DNA of 63,432 bases, filler included, from Rhabdomonas costata (GCA_019059605.1; 43 parts of 43 records of this genome joined end to end with filler, not necessarily neighbours in it), one strand, 5' to 3'. Counted from the first letter of the whole stretch, positions 22,436 through 35,465 are shown. Numbers and translations are program-made. The notes: a model not told the origin generated them from the letters alone.

Positions 22436-24697
22436 TATTTTTACAAATTTGGCCTGGAAAGACACGATATGGCGCGGAATACGGGGGGGGATGCAAAAAA
22501 GACCGCAGATCAGTACCAATAGGTCTTTGCAAGGGTGTTGTGTTAAAAACGCTTCCTTTGAGTGCCGGCGGAACCGGTTATCAGAACCTTTTATTGCGGG
22601 GGTATGTCCAAAAAAAGGTTCGGGAACTTGATCGAAAGGAGAACAGGAATGATCTCAGATTATCCGCGGGGTGTTTTTGAGCGGCTACCGCACGGTTTGT
22701 GTCCGGACCTGCGAAAAGGGTGGTGGCCTATGGTGGTTGGCGGCTGGAAGAATAACATCGGAGTGAGGCGGCTTAGCCGCAGGTTTAAAATAATAGCGGC
22801 GAAACGCAAGCGGGCGATGGAAGACGTCGAACAAAATGACAAGCAAACCGAATACTTTTCAAAGGCAGAGGTGCCAACGACGAAGGAAAACCGCAGTCAG
22901 TGGCGGTTCAAAAGCTTCGCGGTGGGCAGTTATACGGAAGAGCATGAGTTGTAATTTGGTGCAGTTGTTGCGGGGGGTCCACACCACCAAGCGCACCAAC
23001 ACCTCGGAGCACGATGCACCCGTAACATTCCAGTCGGTATTCAAACAGATAAACAGCTCCAGATCAATCAGCGCGTATACAACACTAGCCGACACCAACG
23101 ATTGAAAGTGGCGCAACGGTGTTAAACTCTGTCTACCCGTAAGCAGTAATCCAGAAGCAATCGTCTGCTGCGGCATCAAAGCTTCACAGCACCACAATAA
23201 TGAGGCAAGATAGAAAAGCAAAGTATCAAGAAAAATGAATGGCCCAACGACACGCTCGCCTCGGGACCAGATGACAGTCCGCATCCTGTGCTCGATGTGC
23301 GCTCGACACGCTCCACGAACCAGGCAAAGGCAGCAGGAAACCCACCACCCTGCACCCGTCCCACACAGGACAAGCGTCGCGTCAAGCCAGTTCCATATGG
23401 TGGTAGAATCCAAGTCCAGAGGTAGCAATTGAAGCTGCCAACCACCGCAAGGTCCCCAAACGGATCGAGGACGCCCTGATCTCCAACACTGAGCTGGCGG
23501 GCATGCTTCCGAGTCGGGCGCCTCGGAAGCAGGCCCACCAACANNNNNNNNNNNNNNNNNNNNNNNNNNNNNNNNNNNNNNNNNNNNTTAATTAATTAAN
23601 NNNNNNNNNNNNNNNNNNNNNNNNNNNNNNNNNNNNNNNNNNNGTGGGGGTGTTTCCTGGAAGACCTCCCCAGCTTTCATCGCCACATCGCCGGTGCCCG
23701 CAGCATGCGTGAAAACTCTGGAAAAGTGGTGAAGAGAAGTGGACGTGATGTGCAACCGATTTGTCGCACTTTTCAAGGCCCAATTCCGAAACGTTCAGAT
23801 TTCTGGTGCCCAGAGTAAAGGAGCCTTGTTCTTGCGCATGATCAACCCTGGGAGTCACACACGTGTTCCCACGTATCACCTGCCTTACTTGGGTGTTCCA
23901 CTTGTCGTGAGGGTACATCCCTGTGAACTTCAGATTGGCTAAATTCAGCTCCCTTCCGATCGCCGCTCATCGAAATCCAACATTTCCTGGTTAACGCTCT
24001 GGTCAAGGCTTCGGTATCCGTTGAGGTTCCGGAGGGATCTTTTCTGTGCTGCTGTGCTATTTCCACAGCATATATTCTTTCTTTGTTCAAGAGAGCTGAG
24101 CAGCCCGACGTTTTCTGCCAGTTCGTTTTCCAGACCACACTTCTCCGAGTCTGTTTATTTTCCGTTGTTCGAGTCGTGAGGAAAGAGGTTGAGGCGGCTC
24201 CCCTCTGCTGTTCTTGCTGCATCGCGGGACCGCCACCCCGAAGAAATGACGATCACCCCTGCCGAGCGGGCGAAGTCCAGCAATCCCTCGTCGAGTACCG
24301 GAAGGTTCTGTACCGCTTTCTCCTCCCTCGACGCCAGCTGAGCATCTCGTGGATGTTTTTCGAGTGTTCTTCTGGAACATCTTCTCTGAGGGCTTCAGGG
24401 TAGGGCAGAATCTGAAGCGGAACAAGACAACTAACGCTGCTTGTTTGTCCTTGGAAAAGCAGCATGCCACGACATATCGGCCAGGTACATCCGTAGACTT
24501 GGGGGCGATGATATCGTTTTATATTTGGGCGTCGACGACCCAGTGACCCATGATGCGTGTGGTGGTGGTGTGAATTTGGACTCAATTAGTAACATGCACA
24601 TTGATGACGACAAGCTTGGCTCCCTATTGCTCTGTGTGTGAATTGTTCGTCATCTTTCAAAAAAGATCGCCGCATGGGGTGTTTGAATGCCAAACAG

Positions 24698-24846
24698 GGA
24701 CATGGACACCATCCGCGGGGCCTTCAAGACTGGGGACGCCGACACCATGCGGGCGGCCCACGAGGCCACCCCCCTGCTTGCCGCAGAGAAGCACGGCGGG
24801 GCAGCCACCGAATACGTCAAGGGCTTCGTGTTCGGGGGCCTGGACG
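24698..24846 (+). CDS. Exon of a VIT1/CCC1 vacuolar iron transporter family protein
   Basis: AEKHGGAATEYVKGFVFGGLDG matches the E.H....Y.K..V.GGLDG motif; ACAG acceptor, GTCTGC donor. Confidence 0.85.
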
Positions 24847-25483
24847 GTCTGCGCTTTTTTGTCCACATCTTTATTCCGCTCACCAACCCGATCGCCTGTA
24901 CAAACACACACACCCATTATTACGGTGTTGCGATTGCGCTCCTGAAAATGTCTGGTGTTCAGTTTTTCAAATTTCTTGGCATCACATCGTAACCCCCCCC
25001 AACACGCACAACACACCAACCNNNNNNNNNNNNNNNNNNNNNNNNNNNNNNNNNNNNNNNNNNNNTTAATTAATTAANNNNNNNNNNNNNNNNNNNNNNN
25101 NNNNNNNNNNNNNNNNNNNNNTGTGTTGGTTGTTTGGTGGTTGGTGGAGGTCTTTTCTGCCTCCAGCGGGATTTCAAATGCTCTTCCGCTGCCTGGCCGC
25201 ATCTCGGGATACGGACACCCCTCTGCTGGACGGAGGTTCTTGGGAAACCTCAATGGCGTATTACACCGCGGTCGTAGGGAGCTCCAACCCGCTACGCTCG
25301 TCCAGTCTGCTTATCGCTGGGTGGCCACTCTTCTATTCTTCGTCTGTCTGGGATCCTCAGGTCATCTTCTTCTTACCACACACACGCACACACCACCACC
25401 ACCACTATCACACACACTTGCAACCACGAGAGAGGACGTGCTTGTGTGCTGCATGAGTGCGTGGAGAAAGAAGAGCATACCAC

Positions 25484-26401
25484 CCACATCGTCCGAAAGC
25501 TATAGGTGTCCTGCACTGGCGGGATGTGCCCGAAGATGTACACCGGCCGCGCCTTCTGCCTCGCTGCCTGCAGAATCCCTGCGCACCCACCACCACCACC
25601 ACCAAAACCGGCACACAGAAAATCCCGACCATTTCATGGTATGGATACCATGCACTCATACAATGGATATTAGATAGAGGTCCTCCCCGCTCCCTGTGTC
25701 CATCGCTGTACAACGAAGGGAGCAAATTCAGCCACCACCTTGGACCTTGGACACTAGAAGAAGGCATACCAAAAAACCTCTACATGGTCCGATGCCCGAG
25801 AAAAAAGCGTTGAGCGTTAAGTGTCAGGATCCCCTGACCCTTAACTTGAAACCTTGGAGCCACTGGAACTGCCCAAGGGGGTCGTCCAGGGTCGTAGTGT
25901 TAGGGTTGTGGCGGGGCGAGTATGGGATGGTGTTCAGCACGGCCACGGTGAGGTTCAGCCCTGGGCCCACCTCCCGGGAGTAGTACCCCCCGGTGGCAAC
26001 CGTGGCCTGCTCTTCTGCGCAAGCGTGAGAGCGACCGTAAAAAACGACCCTAGGAAAGAGTAAATCACCAAAAAGGCAAAATAAAATCCGATTCTGGAAA
26101 TCCGTCGTCGTAAATTTGAAGATGAGATGTCGTTTGGAATTTCGGATAAAAAACAATTCCATAATGCTCAAGAAAGCGCACGATGCATCCCATCCCATCA
26201 GGAAACAAATGCAGAGAACAGAAACCCTCTCAGACCTGGGGACAGAACATCGCTAAGGGAGCTCGCCACATCCCTGAGAAACGAGCTGCTGGGGCTAAGA
26301 TCGAGGTAGTAGTCCCCCAGGAGGTCATTGTTGCCCAGAACCCACACCAGCCCTGATCCAGAACCGTTGCCCGAGCTGTTCCACGCCAGCGAAGGGAAGG
26401 C
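25484..26401 (-). CDS. Acid sphingomyelinase-like / Ppn1-like metallophosphoesterase (exons 26401-26236, 26014-25853, 25578-25484)
   Basis: VLGNND, GGYYS, AVLNT..Y, DPLGQFQWL and VYIFGHIPP in order across phase-consistent GT-AG introns. Confidence 0.9.
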
Positions 26402-26650
26402 CTAAGTGAGTGTCCCCCGCAGCGGTGAATGTGAAATCGAGGTCAGAAGGACGTTCTGATACTATCGCACAGTTACAGGCTCCTGCGCTCCCGCTCAATN
26501 NNNNNNNNNNNNNNNNNNNNNNNNNNNNNNNNNNNNNNNNNNNTTAATTAATTAANNNNNNNNNNNNNNNNNNNNNNNNNNNNNNNNNNNNNNNNNNNNG
26601 GGTTGGGGGCTCGATTTTGGCTTTCTGCGTGTGTGCCATTAATGGTGCGC

Positions 26651-27352
26651 TTACTTCAGGCCCTTCATTCCCGCGGCCAGGAAGTCCGTGTTCTCCTGGT
26701 ACGGGTCCTTCTCGAAATGAGTCTCGGGCCAAAGGTCGGGGGTAAGGAAGGCGTAGGTCTTGGCCAAGGCCGCGAACGAAGCCTGTGTTCGCACGCATGA
26801 ATGTGTATCTCCTCTCCACATGCCACCTGAGAGGGTCCGGAGGAACTCAGTTACCCTGCATGTTAAACGTAAAAATCGTAAACGCCCTGGGCTGGCATTT
26901 CTATCCTGACAAAATGTCCAAGTTCAACATGGTTTACTTGAAAAGTTGTCCCTGTGTGTCGCACGTGTCACGGCGTCATGATAATTAACATCAATGCATC
27001 AAGTATGAACGAAAGCTCTTTAATATCTGACAAACAATTAAACCCGCACGACCAGGCAGTTCCTCCCCATCCCCCTTCCGACGGCGGCGTGGCTTGCGTT
27101 ATCAACCTTCACGAAGTTCCCGAGGGTTCGGGTGGTACCAACGGTCTGGGTGTACACATCTTCCACCCCGGCGAACTGCAGCAGCTTCTTGGGCACGGGC
27201 GACGCCACGATGCCTGCCCCGCGAGGCGCGGGCACCAGCCGCACGCACACGCTACCGCACTTCCCGGTGACCTTGCACGGCACGGTGTGCGGGGCGCCCA
27301 GGCGATTTCCCCAGTACCCGCGGCGGACCGGGATCAAGGCAAGCTTGGCCAC
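26651..27352 (-). CDS. RPS2: 40S ribosomal protein S2 (uS5), last two exons (27352-27107, 26782-26651)
   Basis: [39 protein letters not shown]...[30 protein letters not shown] stop. Confidence 0.98.
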
Positions 27353-28177
27353 CTGTTCGGTCGGGCCCAGACAGCAAAGGGGGAAGCCAGGCTTCGGTTG
27401 GGTGTGGGGGCAGGCTTGGGAGGTTTTTGAGGGTTGACGGTCATGCGCTGCGACTGTGCGACTGTGACTGGAGGTTCGAACTGTGCAATAACACTGTACT
27501 GGTGGGTGATGGCGGTTGCGGACTCCTCCCTCTTACCTATGCGCAGAAGCTATGAAGAACATTGCTGTTGTTTCTTTATGCTGCGTTGTCGTTGCAGGTT
27601 CTTTTCGCTTTCCTTGTAGTTCTTCCTGATGCCGTTCATGGTGTTGATGCTCTTCATTTCTTCTTCTTCTTCCAGAGAGAAGGTGAAAGCCCAGCAAAGG
27701 GGCAGGGTGGGGGGGGTTTGACAATTTGAACATGCCAATGCAAAAGACACAGAGACCTGTGGATATCCGAAGTCAGTTGCTCGTGCTGCTTAAGCCCTAG
27801 TGCAAGACTACGCAGAAGACTGTAATTCAGAAAAAAACCTACCCACAGTGTTACAAGTTCAGCACTCCGAAATCTACAAGAAGGACGAACCGCACAATCG
27901 AGGGAAGGTGCGTCATGGCCCCTGCTTGACAGGGGCACGTTTTTGTTCCATTTTGGCCGAGTTGCACCCCCAACCCCNNNNNNNNNNNNNNNNNNNNNNN
28001 NNNNNNNNNNNNNNNNNNNNNTTAATTAATTAANNNNNNNNNNNNNNNNNNNNNNNNNNNNNNNNNNNNNNNNNNNNGTTGGGGGGGGTGCAAAATGGGA
28101 TGTTGGGAGAACTCGGCACCAGGATTGTACAGAAGCGCCGAGGACTGGCTTAGATGGAATTTCACACACCACCCTTC

Positions 28178-28386
28178 CCACGAGCCCCAACTCCAGCACC
28201 CTTAGCGTCAGCCCCAAAAAGAACCCCCTGCCCTGAGCCCCAACCATTACACCTCATCCTGAGCCCACATCTCAACACTCTCACTCCAAAAACAAACACC
28301 TTTACCTTAAGGCCCACCCCTGACACGGTTGCCCTGAGCGCCATCCTGAACACCCTCGCCCTGAGCCCCAACCATAACACGCTTGC
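28178..28386. repeat. Degenerate ~27-nt minisatellite (CCCTGAGCCCCAACCxxAACACCCTCG-like)
   Basis: About 7-8 diverged units visible. Confidence 0.7.
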
Positions 28387-28856
28387 CGTAATTCTCAAAA
28401 ATAATCCCCCACAGCACAGACACCCTGTCTGCGCTGGGTTTCGGCTGTGCGCGTTCGTGTCCGTGGTAGATTTTTCCTTGCCCCTGGGCGGAAGTTTTCG
28501 GACAAAAAACAAAATGTCAACGCCATGCTGAGCAAACTAAAAACCCAGTTTTTTCCAATCGGGAGGGATTGATTATAATCAACCACGTTTGTTTGTTGAA
28601 GTCCTGCGCCCAGCTTGGTGATTACCCCCCCCCCTCTGCAGAGCTTATCTCAGCCGGGGCGTCGGGGTAATCCGCCGTGCAGTTGCGAAAGTGACCTCCA
28701 GACGTCTGGAGAACGGGCTCCGCAAGAATTTGAAATGAGAAGAAATCAAAGGTTGGAAATTGGTGGGGCGTATTTCGCAGAATATAGTATGAACCATTTA
28801 AAACCTGCACACGCCGCATGTCTGGCAGCCACAGCTATTCCATGTAATGAAACATG

Positions 28857-28896
28857 CACACACACACACACACACACACTCTCTCTCTCTCTCTCT
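28857..28896. repeat. Compound (CA)n(CT)n microsatellite
   Basis: Directly visible. Confidence 0.9.
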
Positions 28897-29764
28897 TGGT
28901 GCACTTGGCAAGGATGAGTTTTCTGGGGAGGACTCGAGGTCCACTTCCCCACTGGGCTCCCACCTTTCGATGGGGCATGGGCCCATCGGGCCTCACACCC
29001 TTGTCAGCCCATGGTACCTTGTCCCGCTGTCTTGTCACGTAGGGTTGCTTTACCCCATGTGACCCCCAATCTACAGTGTACGCGGGGCCTTGGGAACCCC
29101 GATTGGCGCGTTTAGAGATCTCTTTGTGGGTACTCAACCTTCCGCGCTCGTACACTTCCCTTTGGGCGCTATTGCCCTTCTGGGTTTGGGTCCTCCATCC
29201 CACTCCGGGCTTAGACCCGCTTTCCTGGTGGATGAGCATGGTAACCTTACTCTGTCCCTGCTGCCATCTGGACCTCGCTTCTCTCCACTCTCCACTTGCC
29301 CTTTGCCTTGTGGGCCCTCCGTATTGCTTCCTCTGGTCTCCCGCTTCTCGCTGCCATTCTCCCCTTCTCTCGTGCTGACCCGGGCTGCTCCTGTCCCACC
29401 GCCGGCTTTCCGCTCCTCGCTGCCACTCGCCACTTCTTGGGGGCTCCTTTTCTCGCCNNNNNNNNNNNNNNNNNNNNNNNNNNNNNNNNNNNNNNNNNNN
29501 NTTAATTAATTAANNNNNNNNNNNNNNNNNNNNNNNNNNNNNNNNNNNNNNNNNNNNATCCTGACAGCACGAGTATTCAGCACAATTGACGAATGTTCAA
29601 GCAATCCTGTTCTCATGTTTGCAACTTGTCTGTATGCAGGCATTCCTTTCTTCTTCCGAGTCTTCTTCTCAAGACAAGACTCATGGTGAGGCCATTCGCC
29701 GTTGCTCTGATTGTGCTTCCAGTGCCTGCTGTTGCTTGGGTGTGTTTTAAAGTCGGTCTCACAG

Positions 29765-30648
29765 GCCCCGCAGACCTCTGGCTCCAGACTTTCCGCCACT
29801 GGCTCGCCAGGGCCCTCAACGTTGCCCCGTCTGAGAACGCTTCTCGCAGCAGTCTCGCGCAGCTGCCTGTGAACCGCTCCGGGCTCCGGCCGGGAAGCCA
29901 GCGCAACCGGATCAAGTTTCATGGCAACCGAGGCTTGGTGTCTACCATCGCCTGCGTGAGCAGCAGGCAGACCTTGCTGCAGGCCGTCGCCTCGGCGCTG
30001 CATCCCGCGGATGCCGTGCTGGCGATTGCCTTGGACCCGGAGGTGGTGCAACACTTGGCCAGAAAGTGCGACAAAGGGTTTGCGCCTTTGTCCCTTCCTC
30101 CCACGTTACCGATAGGGAGGAGTACCCTGCCCGTTTCTGATTTGTCCATATTTCCCTGGATGGTGCGTTAGATGCGGGCGTTGGTTGTCTTTTTTTTGCA
30201 GTTGTGATTTTTCAATCATTCTTGATTCACCCCCTCCCCCTTTCCATTTCCCCCGCCGCCGTTGTGAGCATTTTTTCAGGGTTACAGTCTCCCTGGAAAT
30301 CGGCCCCAACGCTGGCCTGCAGCAAGGTGATGCAGGGCGCCAGCCGACCTTGGCCAACCTGCACTGTTTTGTCGAGGTCTTTTCTATTTTAAACGTCTTC
30401 TTCATAGAGAGAGTCATCGGCGTGCTGGTTAACAGCTGGTTAACAGCTAGAAATAGATAACTTCATCCACAAATGCAAGTGGCGGTTTACTTTTGAGTGT
30501 CACTTTGGACTGTTACTTCAATGGTTTTTGAGCGGTCGGCGAGTGCATTGCTGTGTGATCACGGGCGGGTATCTCAAAAGGATGCATGGGATATTCCTGC
30601 GCTTCGAGGCTACGGAGTCGATTTCACTGCGATTTTCATGGATATGGC
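29765..30648 (+). CDS. Rossmann/SAM-methyltransferase-like fold protein with degenerate motif I (exons 29765-30077, 30280-30376, 30581-30648)
   Basis: Phase-consistent GT-AG joins give LHPADAVLAIALDPEVVQHLARKCDKGVTVSLE...NLHCFVEDAWDIPALRGYGVDFTAIFMDMA. Confidence 0.55.
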
Positions 30649-31043
30649 GTATGCCTCTGTATCCCACACTCTCGTGCGCTCTTGCTGTGGTTTTGCATGG
30701 CCCCGGTTCGGCAAGCGTGCCAAGATTTTCTCATTTAATTCGACTTTGTTTTTTCAACGGAAGCATGGCTTGCTGATAAAAGACCCCGTCTGGTCTTGGT
30801 GTGAGGAATAATAGACTTCCGAGCAAGCATCCACCAGAGGGTCCTCTCACTCACCACCTCTCTGCTGGGGCTTCATCGCATCCACGGCATTTGCTGTCGT
30901 GCTCTCCTCTCCCGACTGCTCCTGGTCTCGCCATTNNNNNNNNNNNNNNNNNNNNNNNNNNNNNNNNNNNNNNNNNNNNTTAATTAATTAANNNNNNNNN
31001 NNNNNNNNNNNNNNNNNNNNNNNNNNNNNNNNNNNGTTGGGTG

Positions 31044-31243
31044 GGACAATTTGATTAAGGTTTCTCCAATAACCCCTCGAGTGAGAAGGAGATCGATGTA
31101 GGTTTCTATCAGCGTTCACCTATTTTGGTCGCTGAATGCTAAAATATTGACAGCAGAATCCAGAATAGGTGAACGCTGAGAGAAACCTACATCGATCTCC
31201 TTCTCACTCGAGGGGTTTTGGAGAAACCTTAATCAAATTGTCC
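31044..31243. repeat. Fold-back inverted repeat at contig start (~85-bp arms, ~31-nt loop)
   Basis: 31044-31128 is the reverse complement of 31160-31243 with a few differences. Confidence 0.96.
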
Positions 31244-31898
31244 TTCTCGGCCCAAACGGCGCCCTTGTTGTCATCAATGGCAAGCACCATGGACTGCACC
31301 GGAAAGAGCTCCTGGAGGCTTTTCCTGCACTTGTCCAGGCACTCGTTGCGCGTCAGAAGGGTCCGAAATCGCAGCTGAAAGGAAAAGGCAAGAAAAGTGA
31401 TATAAAAAAGAACTGAAGTGCTGAAACGTGCGCCACAGAGCCATTTGCACACTTTTCTGTTCAACTGACAGAAGCTGCCAGAGATCAGAGATAAAGAGCA
31501 TCACAGAGTGTTAAGAAGCTGAAGAAAGGCTTGTTACTGAACGCGAGTTCATGCTGGCGGGGGGGTGGGGCGGCAAGGAAGGGACACAACCACCACAGTC
31601 CAAGCATCCTCCCTAAAGCAAAGCACATGACTTCCCCAAATTTTCTTTTCCTCCCAAAACTTTGCATTTTTAAAAGGGTTCCAAAATGCTGCGTAGGCCG
31701 GTCCTTGCACCCTCAGGCCGGTAGCCACCTTCTTGAATGGTATGCTCACTGTGCAAGGTATGCGCACACAAACCTGGCGTCCCTCGGGGACTAGGGCCAG
31801 GATGGCGTTGGCCAGCTGCTCTGCGTACGGCCGCGTGGAGAACGTGTACAACAACAGCTCAAAGTACTGCTGCATCTCCAGCAAAAACTCCAGCAGGC
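31228..31898 (-). CDS. FCP1/CPL-like CTD phosphatase (NIF domain) fragment (exons 31898-31774, 31374-31228)
   Basis: GLLEFLLEMQQYFELLLYTFSTRPYA and TLLTRNEC...KSLQELFP..SMVLAIDD...VW..KDNLIK. Confidence 0.85.
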
Positions 31899-32748
31899 CT
31901 GTTCAGGAAGCAGAATCCAGGCTGTTCATCGGTCTCCCAAAAAATCTTGAAGCCACAGATTTTGAAACTGAAAATTATAAGAGCCATTGCTTATCTTTTT
32001 GGTAACTTTTTTTACATTGTCGGAAACCGGATAATTTTCTTTGCGCTCTTCAATTGCTTCCAGCTGTCTTTTGTCCTTGAAGCGAATCGATGAATCCACG
32101 CTACGATCAAGGACTGTTCTGCGGTGTTAGCCAAAAAAGACCAGAAGAAACGGCAAGTGGAGGTTCGCTGTCGTGTCTGCAGAACAGCCTGGCGAACATC
32201 TCACTCACACGTCACTCAATGCTTTCGACGCGTTTTTCAACACTTCTAAGTAAAATAAACTTAGAATACTTGGATGGATTTCTTTTGGATAGAATGACCC
32301 GAAAACTCGGAACCCAAGAAGCGAAAAGACGAGCTCAGTTTACCAGGCAGTTCCAGAAGACAACACAGAAATATAGAGTGCACCTGGCCTGAAGTGGAAG
32401 AACCACACCNNNNNNNNNNNNNNNNNNNNNNNNNNNNNNNNNNNNNNNNNNNNTTAATTAATTAANNNNNNNNNNNNNNNNNNNNNNNNNNNNNNNNNNN
32501 NNNNNNNNNGGTGGGTGGGGATGCGGCCTCCATCTCTTTTTGTGATGGCTGCTCTTTTGTGTCACTCAAGCGCGCACGCAAGGCGAGAACAAAAATACAA
32601 AAAGGGACTTCGTCACCGAAACAAAATGTGCTCACCTTCCTTGAACCAATCGCCAGGGGTCGCCCTGGAAATGGCGTGCCACATACTTCGTCTCAAGTCT
32701 TCGCCCTATTTTTTTCGGAGTGATCCCCCACATTTCCCCTGTGTTCAG

Positions 32749-33856
32749 AGAATCTTAGAAGAGACTGCTGAGCTGATGGGTGGCTTGTCTACTTCCGAAT
32801 CTCAGGTGAAGCTGTACAAGTGGCTCAACGAGGAGGCCTCCAAGCTTGGCACTCATGCCCAGGTCAGTCATCCCTCAGAAGCAAAATGAATGAAATTCTG
32901 TCCAGCAGGATGTCCACGCTGGTATTCTTTGAATCCGTAATGGGATTGTGCTGGATAGGCGGATGCGATGTGATATGCAAGCTGCGCAGGTTCTGGTTCA
33001 CCCAGGTTGGTCATTTTTTGATGTGATTCTTGTGATCGAACGTTCGTGGCGCGCGAGTGTCTCGTGTGTTGCGATGGCATTGGTAGGTGTACGTCGCCGC
33101 GGACCGCGATGACCTCCGGGCAGATGCGATTCGCCACCTGCAGTACTACCGGAATGACTCCGTGATCCTTCCCATGCCCTACAAGGTGTCTTCGGCCACT
33201 GTTGCTGATCCTGCCTTGGGTTGCTTTGACCCATTTGGCGTGCATGGCGGAAAATCCTGGAGAATGGAGGGAACAATTCAGTTGTTTTCTTTTTCCTTTC
33301 CATCTGTTCCGGTATTCGACTTGCGTTCGTCTTTGTGACCCTTCTCACGCCCGCTCACGGCTATGTTTCAATTGTGTCCCCACCTCACCTGTCCCTCTTT
33401 TCTTTACTTCGCTCACTGATATTTTTTTTGCTGTGACATAGAGTCTGGGGTGTAATTGCTATATTTCGTTCATTCGTATGGCAGTCTGTTTTGGGATGTG
33501 CTGGTAATGCTGTGGCGAAATTTTCGAGCGTCTGATCACTGTTGCTTATCCCTGTTGTTTTTATTTCTCTTAAAATTCAAGTGCGTCATGGATGCTTTCA
33601 TCGTCTTTAGGAAAGGTTTTTCACTCACGGTTTCCTGAACAAAACCCAACAGGTTGTTCACGTCGGAAAGCTCAAGGTCTACAACAGCAGCGTCCGTCAC
33701 AGTGTCCTGGGGACAGTTGTGGAGTACCTCTCGCTGTCTTCGGCCACGCATTTCCTGCTCACCAAGAGTGGGTTTGGAATTGTCGCTGCCTTCCGTGGGA
33801 TGCGGCCGTACCTTCTGAATCCCCACCCCTCGCACCACTACTTCGCTCATGCCGAG
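32749..33856 (+). CDS. GT-B fucosyltransferase-like glycosyltransferase (exons 32749-32862, 33087-33185, 33653-33856)
   Basis: VYVAAD, VVHVG and VVEYLSLSSATHFLLTKSGFGIVAAFRG fit the fucosyltransferase motifs (F.ATD; D/E..LLS.....I.T.SGFG..AA); phase-0 GT-AG introns. Confidence 0.7.
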
Positions 33857-35465
33857 GTTTGCACTGTCATCCCCCACCGCTACCATTNNNNNNNNNNNNN
33901 NNNNNNNNNNNNNNNNNNNNNNNNNNNNNNNTTAATTAATTAANNNNNNNNNNNNNNNNNNNNNNNNNNNNNNNNNNNNNNNNNNNNGGGTGGGGGTGGG
34001 GTGGGTTCCGGAACACAAAGAAAGAGAGATACAAATATGTGACGTTGAAGGAAGGGGACGTTTGCGAAGTTTGATAAAACGGCTTCGAACTCTTTCGTGG
34101 AGTTGCCATTCAGAATCTTTTTTCTGGCTTCGGCTTCTTCGGTGCTACTGTGCGTCGACATTTGCAAGGCTGCATCGTTGACAGCGCTGAAAGAAACTGT
34201 GTCTATGTTTGGTGCAGTCTGGAGACGTGGAGCCAGGCAGTCACGGTGTTCCCGCAGCTGATCCCGCAGGCGAGGTGTGGCAATTGTGTGGGTCACACAG
34301 AGTTCAGTCCAAAACGCCGAAGTTATGGTGAAAGGAGGTTTTATTAATTGGTTTAGCAGTGAGTTTTTACCGTCATTGGTTGGGTTAGCATCTCCCTGAT
34401 TTGGAATCCCAGGAACAAGTGAACCCCGGTATAACCCCCCATCAACACCGTGGAAATGTTGCGCTAAGTATGGGTGTCTTATTGGGGCGAGCGGTTTTTT
34501 TGGTGTTATGGCAAATCCACCTGAACGTGTGTCGCCTCCACAAATGCACGGCCCTTCTCTCCGCTGTATTGAGCTGCACTATCTAGCGTCACACAACAAA
34601 AATTATAGAAAAGAAAGAACCGAATAATCGGGTCCAGCTATCTGGCAACAGGAAATGTTCATATCGGATTGTTGGGTGCCGTACTCCCCGCTGGCGACCG
34701 AGGATCTGCCTCGCTTCCGCTGGGATGTCAGGTTGATCCCAGTCGCTGGGGCTTGCTCCCTTTGCCCTAAACAAAGTTGAGCTTTTTACGTTGTGGATCG
34801 TTCCTAAAAGGGCTCGGCCACGCTGCCGTCGCGCGTGGAAAGCCTGGAGCTCGAGGTCGCCATCCTGAGGCAGACCCTTCAGACCCTCGTAGAGGAGCTC
34901 AGGGTATGTCAAGTCCACTGAATACGCGAAATTGTACTCGTTTGAGCTTTCCCGACTTAATGTTGGAGAAATGACACCTGTGTGGTGCTTCTTCTGGTGG
35001 ATAGCGGATTGGTCTGTTGTGTCCGCGCGTGACTTCATCAGTCTTATTTCGAGGTGGTCCGGCAGATTTTCGCTTTTATGGTCAGACATGATCCCGTGGA
35101 CAATGCACAGTGGGTTGCAAGTCGTCCTAGTTTTTTTTTGAATTCTTGTTGATTTCGGCGTATGTTAAAGTCTCCTCCTCTCAACGTTTTCCTTCAACTT
35201 CGTCGGTCCAGCTTCGAGCCGTGGAGAACGGGGGTCAGCTGCAGCGGGGACCCTCGGCGGGCTCTGGCCAAGGGTCCGTGTGAGCGGCTGCTATGGTTTG
35301 AGTTCCGGCTTCATTACAGACGAAGTGCCTCTTCGTTCCCCAACCACCCCAACCACACCCAACACNNNNNNNNNNNNNNNNNNNNNNNNNNNNNNNNNNN
35401 NNNNNNNNNTTAATTAATTAANNNNNNNNNNNNNNNNNNNNNNNNNNNNNNNNNNNNNNNNNNNN

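Noticed and set aside
28900-29457. Minus-strand purine-rich frames with a chromodomain-like YTVDWG
   Set aside because: Too degenerate and interrupted by stops to support a call
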